Shown: positions 18,464-25,902 of the stretch, piece by piece | How the letters are laid out: each line of letters begins with the position of its first letter | Position numbering within the stretch: position 1 is the stretch's first letter | Assembly (NCBI GenBank): GCA_963788235.1 | Contig: CAWBFV010000007.1 | Coordinates: 1,682 to 65,681, forward strand | Direction: 5' to 3' | Source of the DNA: an uncultured Chloroflexia bacterium | GTDB lineage: Bacteria > Chloroflexota > Limnocylindria > Limnocylindrales > CSP1-4 | DNA length: 64,000 nt | Made by a program: the position numbers and the translations under genes | The notes under the pieces: generated by a model | The model's input: only the letters and a program-made list of their open reading frames with translations | Told to the model about the DNA's origin: nothing | Database searches by the model: none

Positions 18464-19580
18464 GTGCCTCCCCTGCCCGATGTTCGAGCCACGGCGCGAG
18501 CGGCCGTCCTGACCGAGGTCGGTCGGCCGGTCGAGATCCGCGAGCTCGAGCTGATCGAGCCGCGAGATGGCGAGGTCCGCGTGCGGATGCTGGCGTCCGG
18601 CGTGTGCCATTCCGATCTGCACGTGCGCGACGGGGAGTGGGACCGCCCGACGCCGATCGTGATGGGGCACGAGGGCGCAGGCGTCGTCGAGGCGGTCGGG
18701 CCGGGCGTCACATCGCCGCGTGTCGGCGACCTCGTCGCACTCGCCTGGCTGATCCCGTGCGGCGTGTGCCGCTCGTGCCGACGAGGCGAGGTGTGGGCGT
18801 GTCCCGACTCACCGTCCTACCGGCACACGCTGCTCGACGGCAGTTTGGCGTTCCGTGGCGTCCGGTCGTACTGCGCGATCGCGACGATGGCGTCGCACTC
18901 GGTCGTGCCGGCTGCTGCCGCCATCCCGGTCCCGCCCGACACGGATCCGGCGGTCGCGGCGCTGATCGGCTGCTGCGTCACGACAGGCGTCGGCGCGGTG
19001 CTCAAGACCGCGGCCGTGCCAGCTGGCCGTTCCGTGGCGGTGATCGGGCTCGGTGGCGTCGGCCTGTCGTGCCTCATGGGCGCGGTGCTCGGCGACGCGT
19101 CGCAGATCGTCGCGATCGACCGCGTGCCCGCGAAACTGGACGTGGCCCGATCGTTGGGCGCGACCGACACGATCGTGGCGACCGACGACCCGGCCGCGAC
19201 GATCGAGGCGCTGCGCGACCTGACCGACGGCGGCCCCGATTACGTCTTCGAGGCGATCGGCCGACCCTCGACCGTCGAGCTCGCGATCTCGGCGCTCCCG
19301 GTCGGCGGCACGGCCGTGCTCGTCGGCATGACGCCGGTCGGCGACCGTGCCTCGTTCGAGGTCTACCCGTTCGTCGATGGTGCGCGGCGGATCATCGCCT
19401 CGAACTACGGCTCGGCGGAGCCGGCGATCGACTTCCCGCGCTATGCGGCGTGGTCGATCGAGGGACGCCTCCCGGCGTCAAGGCTGATCGATCGGCGGAT
19501 CGGGCTCGATGACCTCGAGGACGCCTTCGCCGCGATGCGGCGCGGGCGAGTACGTGCGCCAGGTGATCGACTTCGGCTGA
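18464..19580 (+). CDS. Zinc-dependent alcohol dehydrogenase family protein (class III/mycothiol-type-like); apparent 1-nt frameshift near 19544-19546
   Basis: GVCHSDLH, GHEGAGVVEAVG and CGVCRSCRRG motifs. Removing one G from the GGG at 19544-19546 restores the typical C-terminus RRGEYVRQVIDFG and a stop at 19578..19580. The GTG 18464 start was chosen to avoid divergent overlap. Confidence 0.88.
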
Positions 19581-19590
19581 CGGCTGTCGG

Positions 19591-20289
19591 CTAGTCCTGC
19601 GAGAAGTCGGCCGTACTCGGGATCTGCGCCGGCGGTGTGCCGATCACGATCGCGATCTGCCGCCGATCGGTCAGCTCGATCGCGCGCGGGTCGCCCGCGT
19701 AGCGCTGGCCGTTGAGGTAGATGGCGATCGGCTGTGGGCTGCAGTACGTGCCGACGCACGACTCACTCAGGTCGACTCCCCACTCGGTGAAGAACTGCCC
19801 GAGGGTATTCGACACCTGGGTGTCCGACTCCGTGTGGATGATCCCGGTCCCGGCGTGCGTATGGAGTGGCGAGATGCACGGCTGGCCGCACACTTTGATG
19901 CCGCCGTACGAGACCCCACCGGGATCATCGAACCGGATCACCTCCGGATCGTTGATGTTGATGCCGATCCCCGCCGGAACGGCGATCGGCTTGCCGTCGA
20001 CGAAGACATCCAGGTGCGCGTGGACGTGATTGGCCCTGCCTTCACTCGGCCCGGGCTCGAGACCGGCCGCGACCGTCCGTTCCAGCGGATCTGGCGGGGC
20101 GGGCCATGCGACAGCCGCTCCGGCCTTGACCGATGCCGACGCCCCCGCTCCCTGAGCGGACGACGCGGTTGGCCCATCGAGGACGCGCGACCCCAGGCCG
20201 CTCGCGACGACAGCAACGGCCGCGACGCCGATGACGAGCCCCAGGAGCAGGAGCATTCGGGTGCGGGTTCCGGTTCTGGCAGCGTTCAT
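19591..20289 (-). CDS. Hypothetical secreted His-rich protein
   Basis: ATG at 20289 with an N-terminal TM/signal. Contains HVHAHLDVFVDG and SPLHTHAGTGIIHTE segments. No family recalled. Confidence 0.55.
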   Translation of the reverse strand: MNAARTGTRTRMLLLLGLVIGVAAVAVVASGLGSRVLDGPTASSAQGAGASASVKAGAAVAWPAPPDPLERTVAAGLEPGPSEGRANHVHAHLDVFVDGKPIAVPAGIGININDPEVIRFDDPGGVSYGGIKVCGQPCISPLHTHAGTGIIHTESDTQVSNTLGQFFTEWGVDLSESCVGTYCSPQPIAIYLNGQRYAGDPRAIELTDRRQIAIVIGTPPAQIPSTADFSQD

Positions 20290-20398
20290 CGGGTGAGGAT
20301 AGTGTCCGAGCGGCGGCCCTTGTTGCCGCCGGTCGACGGTCGTCGATCGACGGTTGCCGGTCGCGCCAGACGGTCGATCGCCACTCGATGGCGGCGAT

Positions 20399-20589
20399 CC
20401 TGTCAAATGTGCCCCAGGCGGACATTGGGCACGGGTCCGGGGGAAATTCTCGGCCCCACCGCGGATGAATATGCACCGATTGCGGCGGATCGTGCTCCGA
20501 CAACGGCGGTCTGCATGACGATGCAGGCAGTTGGTCCTCGGCTATGCAGCCCACTCGGCCGAACGTGCAGGTGGTGCACATTTGTCAGG
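20399..20589. repeat. Pair of 14-nt inverted repeats flanking a ~163-bp less GC-rich spacer
   Basis: CCTGTCAAATGTGC (20399..20412) versus the reverse complement of GCACATTTGTCAGG (20576..20589), with 1 mismatch. Internal small hairpins include CTGCAT-GACG-ATGCAG. Confidence 0.5.
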
Positions 20590-20621
20590 AATGGGGACGT
20601 TTCCGAGTGCCCGAGACGCGC

Positions 20622-22097
20622 TTAGCCGCCGCGGGCTGCTCGCTTCTTCTTCTTGCGCTTCGCAGCTGCTTCGACGACGGGGCCCGGCCTGGGTTCCTGG
20701 TGCGCCGGCGGTGCGACGTCCTCGTCCTCGTCCTCGGGCGGCGCGATCACCGGCGGCTCCGGCTCCTCGATCGGTGGGAGGAGCTGGCGACCCGTGATCA
20801 GCCGCGTGCCTCGGCCGTGCGTCAGGAACGAGAACGCCCAACGGACCAGCACGACCAGCCGGTTCGCGAACCCGATCAGGTACGTGATGTGGATGCCGAG
20901 CCAGAGGAGCCATGCGAGGAAGCCGCCCTGCTGGCCGAACGGCCCCATCCAGGGGATGTCGGTGACACCCGACAGCCGGCCGATCACCGCCACGTCACCG
21001 TGGTTGCTGTACCGGAACGGTTCCCACGGGCGGCCCAGGATCCGGCGCCGGATCACCTTGGCGGCATAGGCTCCACCCTGGATGCCGCCTTGCGCGACGC
21101 CAGGCGTGGCACGTTCCGGCTTCCACGGCTGCACGGCCGCATCGCCGACCACGAAGATCTCGGGATGACCGGGCACGGTCAGGTCCGGTTCAACCAGCAC
21201 CCGGCCGTTGCGGTCGGTCTGCGCGCCGGCGGCTTCCGCGAGCTTGCGGGCGAACGACGAGGCGATCACGCCGGCACCCCACAGCACCGTGCGGGTCGGG
21301 ATCCGCTCGGGCGTGGCCTCGCGGTCGGCAGACGGGACGACGCTGACCGACTCCTCGTCGATCGCGGTCACGGTCGTCGAGAGGCGCACGGTGACGCCCA
21401 GGCGCTCCAATTGGCGCTTCGCCGATGCGGATCGACCGGGCGGGAAGGTCGGGAGCACCCGATCGACCGCCTCGACCAGGATGATCCGTGCATCGGACGG
21501 ATCGATCGCCCGGAAGTCGCGCTTCAGCGTGTCCCGGGCGATCTCGCCGATCGAGCCGGCGAGCTCGACGCCGGTCGGACCGCCACCGACCAGCACGAAC
21601 GTCATCCACTCGGCGCGCCGTTCCGGATCGGCTTCCCGTTCCGCGGCCTCGAACGCGATCAGGACCCGCCGCCGGATTTCGGTCGCATCCTCGATGGTCT
21701 TGAGGCCCTGCGCGTACTGCGCCCAGTCGTCGTGGCCGAAGAACGTGTGGTGCGCGCCGGTTGCGACGATCAGCGAGTCGTACGCGATCGACCCGCCGTC
21801 GGAGACCTGCACCTCGCGCTTGTCGACATCGATGCCGACCGCCTCCCCGAGGATGACCGTGGCGTTCCGCTGGCGCGAGAGGATCGACCGAAGCGGTTGG
21901 GCGATCTCGCCGGGCGACAGCGCCCCGGTCGCGACCTGGTAGAGCATCGGCTGGAACAGGTGGAAGTTGCGCCGGTCGAGCAGCGTGAGCGCGACCTCGG
22001 GGTCGCTCTTGAGGTTGCGCGCCGCGTAGAGGCCGGCGAAGCCGCCACCGACGATGAGGACCCGATGACGGGTTCGATCCGAGCGCGGGAGCGTCAC
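20622..22097 (-). CDS. ndh: Type II NADH:quinone oxidoreductase (NDH-2)
   Basis: VLIVGGGFAGL dinucleotide fold, FQPMLYQVATG, a second GGGPTGVELAG motif and C-terminal membrane-anchoring helices. Confidence 0.9.
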   Translation of the reverse strand: MTLPRSDRTRHRVLIVGGGFAGLYAARNLKSDPEVALTLLDRRNFHLFQPMLYQVATGALSPGEIAQPLRSILSRQRNATVILGEAVGIDVDKREVQVSDGGSIAYDSLIVATGAHHTFFGHDDWAQYAQGLKTIEDATEIRRRVLIAFEAAEREADPERRAEWMTFVLVGGGPTGVELAGSIGEIARDTLKRDFRAIDPSDARIILVEAVDRVLPTFPPGRSASAKRQLERLGVTVRLSTTVTAIDEESVSVVPSADREATPERIPTRTVLWGAGVIASSFARKLAEAAGAQTDRNGRVLVEPDLTVPGHPEIFVVGDAAVQPWKPERATPGVAQGGIQGGAYAAKVIRRRILGRPWEPFRYSNHGDVAVIGRLSGVTDIPWMGPFGQQGGFLAWLLWLGIHITYLIGFANRLVVLVRWAFSFLTHGRGTRLITGRQLLPPIEEPEPPVIAPPEDEDEDVAPPAHQEPRPGPVVEAAAKRKKKKRAARGG

Positions 22098-22104
22098 GCG
22101 AGGG

Positions 22105-22743
22105 TCAGGCGGCGGGCGGGTCGTCGTCCCGATCGGAGGTCTGGCCGGCCACGGCGACGCGCCGCGGTCGGGCCACGGCGGGGCGTCCCGGTCCGACCGG
22201 GATCGAATTGGGCGGCCGGGCGGTGCGTCGCCGGCCAGGCGCCTCGATGACCTCGGTCATCGCCGCCACATCGGGGACGGCAGCGCGATCCTGCTCGTAG
22301 TCCTGGTCCCAGCCGGTCCCGGTGTCGTCCCACGGCTCGACGACGGTCTCCCAGCCGGGCGACGCCGTATCGATCCGGGTGATCGGCCGCGGCTGGCGGA
22401 GCGGTCGGGGTCCGCCCAGGTCGAGGCCTGGTCCGACCGGGTTCAGCCGCCGCGGACCCCACGGTCGCGCCTCGACGACCTCGAGGTCGGCGTCGGCGGG
22501 CCGCGAATCGCAGCGATAGCAGCGAGCCAGGCGGAAATCGTTCACGGAACGACAGTTGGGGCAGACCCAGAACGAGGCTCGCTCGAACGCCCGCTGCCGG
22601 GCGGTGCGGGGCTGCACCACAAATCGATACAGCAGCCAGAAGGCCGTCGGTCCCGAGAGCAGGACCATGGCGATCAAGGCCGGTGGAACCAGTCCGATCC
22701 CGGCCCGCAGCGACTCGATCCACTCACCAATCGGAATTTGCAA
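22105..22743 (-). CDS. Membrane protein with a zinc-ribbon (CxxC...CxxC) motif
   Basis: One TM (LIAMVLLSGPTAFWLLY), then CPNCRSVNDFRLARCYRC. The start is uncertain (TTG 22743 after AGGGGG, or TTG 22806). Confidence 0.5.
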   Translation of the reverse strand: MQIPIGEWIESLRAGIGLVPPALIAMVLLSGPTAFWLLYRFVVQPRTARQRAFERASFWVCPNCRSVNDFRLARCYRCDSRPADADLEVVEARPWGPRRLNPVGPGLDLGGPRPLRQPRPITRIDTASPGWETVVEPWDDTGTGWDQDYEQDRAAVPDVAAMTEVIEAPGRRRTARPPNSIPVGPGRPAVARPRRVAVAGQTSDRDDDPPAA

Positions 22744-22840
22744 GCGCGCACGCCCCCTGTACGTCCCTAGACTACACCGGAGCGCACAGGGTAATGGCAA
22801 GGGCAAGCCGCGTTTGTAGCAGTTTTGTCGCGGTCGAAAA

Positions 22841-23044
22841 TCCTCGGACCGATGGCTCGCAGGAGCGTCGCCTCGGTCCTCGGAGAGCTCCTTACTTGTC
22901 TCGCTCGATCCTCCGACCGCTGGCTTGCAGCGATGTCGCCTCGGTCCTCGGAGAGCTCCCTAGTTGTCTCGCTCGATCCTCCGACCGCTGGCTCGCAGCG
23001 ACGTCGCCTCGGTCCTCGGAGAGCTCCCTACTTGTCCCGTTCGG
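22841..23044 (-). repeat. Three tandem 68-bp repeats beginning inside the last codons of ppdK
   Basis: Units at 22841, 22909 and 22977. My hand alignment gives 6-9 mismatches per 68 nt. Each unit keeps a stop-codon remnant (TAA, TAG, TAG on the minus strand) and a GACCG...CGGUC / CUCC...GGAG stem. Confidence 0.9.
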
Positions 23045-25808
23045 CCGAAGACAGCGTCGCCTGCGCGGCGGCCAGTCGGGCGACCGGTACCCGGAACGGT
23101 GAGCACGACACGTAGTCGAGCCCGAGCGCCTCGCACTTGAAGATCGACGCCGGGTCACCGCCGTGTTCGCCGCAGATGCCGAGCTCGATGTCGGGGCGCG
23201 TCGCCCGACCCTTGTCGACCGCGATCTGCATCAGACCAGCGACCGCGTCGTCCAGGGTCTGGAACGGGTTCGCCGGCAGGATGCCGTCCTCGACGTACTT
23301 GAGGAGGAAGCCGCCCTCGGCGTCGTCCCGGCTGTACCCGAACGTCATCTGCGTGAGGTCGTTGGTGCCGAAGCTGAAGAACGCGGCGTCCTTCGCGATC
23401 TCGTCGGCGGTCAGCGCGCCACGCGGGACCTCGATCATCGTGCCGAACTTGTAGTCGACCTCGACGCCGGCCTTCGATTCGACGGACTGCGCCTCGGCTT
23501 CGAGCAGCTCCTTGGTCCGCTTGAGCTCGTTGGCGTGCCCGACGAGCGGGATCATGATCTTGGCGATCGGGTTGCCGCCGGCAGCCTTGACCTTGATCTG
23601 CGCGTTGAGGATCGCCCGGGTCTGCACCTTCACGAAGTCGGGGATCATCAGCCCGAGGCGGACGCCGCGCAGCCCGAGCATCGGGTTCTGCTCGTGCATC
23701 GATTTGATCGTCGCGAGCAGGACCTTGTCCTCCTCGGACGCGCCGCCCGCCGCCTCGGCCTTCGTGACCTTGACGAGCTGCTCCTCGAGGTTCGGCAGGA
23801 ACTCGTGGAGCGGCGGGTCGATCAACCGGATGACGACCGGCAGGCCGTCCATCGCCTTGAAGATGCCCTCGAAGTCGCCCTGCTGGAGGACCTCGAGCTT
23901 GGCCATCGCGGCATCGAAGCGGTCGATCGCCGCGCGGTCGTCGGCGTCGAGCTGCTCCCCGGCGTCACGCCTCGCCTTGGCCCGCGTCGCCTGGTTCGCG
24001 ACGAGGATCGCGTCACGGACGATCTCGAGCCGCTCGCCCTCGCGGAACATGTGCTCGGTACGGCAGAGGCCGATCCCCTCGGCGCCGTAGCTGCGGGCCT
24101 GGGCGGCCTCCTCGGGCTTGTCCGCGTTCGTCCATACGCCCATGCGCCGGATCTCGTCGGCCCACTTGAGCACCTTCTGGAGCTCGGGCTGATCCTCGAA
24201 GCGCGCGTCGACCGTCGGCAGCTGTCCCATGTACAGCGCGCCGGTGGTGCCGTCGAGGCTGACCCAGTCACCCTCCTTGAACTCGGTCCCGGTCACGTTG
24301 CAGTGCGCCTGCTTCCCGGCGTAGTCGACCATCAGGTCCGCCGATCCAGCGACACACGGCTTGCCGATCTGGCGGGCGACGACCGCGGCATGCGAGGTCG
24401 CGCCGCCACGGGCCGTGATGATGCCCTGGCTGACGGCCATGCCATGGAAGTCGTCGGGCGACGTCTCGATGCGGACGAGGATCACCTTCTCGCCGTTGTT
24501 GACCCACTCGACGGCGGTGTCCGCATCGAACACGGCTCGACCGACCGCGGCGCCGGGCGACGCGTTGAGGCCGTTGACGATCTTGGTCGCGCTCTGGAGC
24601 GCGTTGGGGTCGAACGTCGCGCGCAGCAGCTGGTCGACGTGGGCGGGCTCGATGCGGGCGATCGCCTCTTCCTTGGTGATCGTGCCCTCGTCGACCATGT
24701 CGGCGGCGATCCGCACGGCCGCGGCCGCCGTCCGCTTCGCGGACCGTGTCTGGAGCATGTACAGGCGGCCGCGCTCGATCGTGAACTCGAGGTCCTGGAC
24801 GTCGCGGTAGTGCGACTCGAGCTGCTGGCCGATCCGCTGGAACTCGGCGTAGACCTCGGGCATGTCGGTCTGCATCTGGGCGATCTTCGGCGCGGTGCGG
24901 ATGCCCGCCACCACGTCCTCGCCCTGGGCGTTGGTCAGGTACTCGCCGAAGAGCATCTTCTCGCCGGTGTTCGGGTCGCGGGTGAACGCGACGCCGGTCC
25001 CCGAGTCGTCGCCCATGTTGCCGAACACCATCGTCACGACGTTGACCGCGGTGCCGAGGTCGTCCGCGATGTGCTGGTTCTTGCGGTAGTCGCGGGCCCG
25101 CTTGCCGAACCAGCTCGCGAACACGGCCTTGATCGCGAGATCGAGCTGCTCGTACGGGTCGTCGGGGAAGTCGCGTCCCGTGTCGGTCTTGACGATCGAC
25201 TTGAACTCGCCGACGAGGTCCTTCAGGGCCGCGGCGTCGAGGTCGGTGTCCTGCGCCGCTCCGTGCCGGGTCTTCGACTCCTCGAGCGCGTGGTCGAAGC
25301 GCTCGCCGCTGACCTCCATCACGATCCGCCCGAACATCTGGATGAAGCGCCGGTAGGCGTCCCAGCCGAACCGCTCGTTGTTCGTCAGCCCGATCATGCC
25401 CTGCAGGGTCTGCTCGTTCAGGCCGAGGTTCAGGACCGTGTCCATCATCCCGGGCATCGAGAACTTCGCCCCGGAGCGGACGCTCACGAGCAGCGGGTTG
25501 GCCGGATCACCGAAGCCCTTGCCGGTCCGCCGCTCGACTTCCTTCACGGCCTCGAGGACGTCGTCCCACAGCCCGTCGGGCAGCCGCTCGCCGGCGGCGA
25601 AGTAGTCGTTGCACGCCTCGGTGGTGATCGTGAACCCGGGCGGCGTCGGCAGCCCGGCGATCGTCATCTCGGCGAGCCCGGCGCCCTTGCCGCCGAGCAG
25701 GTCGCGCATCTGCGCGTTGCCCTCCGCGGTCCCCTCACCCCAGGCGTAGATGTACCGCTTGGCCGCCTTGTGTGCGCGGTCGGCCGGCGCTGTCGCGATC
25801 GTCGTCAT
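23028..25808 (-). CDS. ppdK: Pyruvate, phosphate dikinase
   Basis: 926 aa from ATG 25808. Contains GGKGAGLAEM, GGATSHAAVVARQIGKP (phosphohistidine region) and GICGEHGGDP. Confidence 0.97.
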   Translation of the reverse strand: MTTIATAPADRAHKAAKRYIYAWGEGTAEGNAQMRDLLGGKGAGLAEMTIAGLPTPPGFTITTEACNDYFAAGERLPDGLWDDVLEAVKEVERRTGKGFGDPANPLLVSVRSGAKFSMPGMMDTVLNLGLNEQTLQGMIGLTNNERFGWDAYRRFIQMFGRIVMEVSGERFDHALEESKTRHGAAQDTDLDAAALKDLVGEFKSIVKTDTGRDFPDDPYEQLDLAIKAVFASWFGKRARDYRKNQHIADDLGTAVNVVTMVFGNMGDDSGTGVAFTRDPNTGEKMLFGEYLTNAQGEDVVAGIRTAPKIAQMQTDMPEVYAEFQRIGQQLESHYRDVQDLEFTIERGRLYMLQTRSAKRTAAAAVRIAADMVDEGTITKEEAIARIEPAHVDQLLRATFDPNALQSATKIVNGLNASPGAAVGRAVFDADTAVEWVNNGEKVILVRIETSPDDFHGMAVSQGIITARGGATSHAAVVARQIGKPCVAGSADLMVDYAGKQAHCNVTGTEFKEGDWVSLDGTTGALYMGQLPTVDARFEDQPELQKVLKWADEIRRMGVWTNADKPEEAAQARSYGAEGIGLCRTEHMFREGERLEIVRDAILVANQATRAKARRDAGEQLDADDRAAIDRFDAAMAKLEVLQQGDFEGIFKAMDGLPVVIRLIDPPLHEFLPNLEEQLVKVTKAEAAGGASEEDKVLLATIKSMHEQNPMLGLRGVRLGLMIPDFVKVQTRAILNAQIKVKAAGGNPIAKIMIPLVGHANELKRTKELLEAEAQSVESKAGVEVDYKFGTMIEVPRGALTADEIAKDAAFFSFGTNDLTQMTFGYSRDDAEGGFLLKYVEDGILPANPFQTLDDAVAGLMQIAVDKGRATRPDIELGICGEHGGDPASIFKCEALGLDYVSCSPFRVPVARLAAAQATLSSAERDK

Positions 25809-25902
25809 GTGTGCGGATTGTACGCGTCGCGGTTCGGCGGCCCGGGTTGCGGGTGGGTGGCGGCGCTCCGGCCGTCTGCGGGTTGCGGCAGGTGCGGGCG
25901 GG

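Noticed and set aside
20544-22250. 568-aa plus-strand ORF
   Set aside because: It is antisense to ndh and the downstream membrane protein. The composition is low-complexity and no motifs are present.
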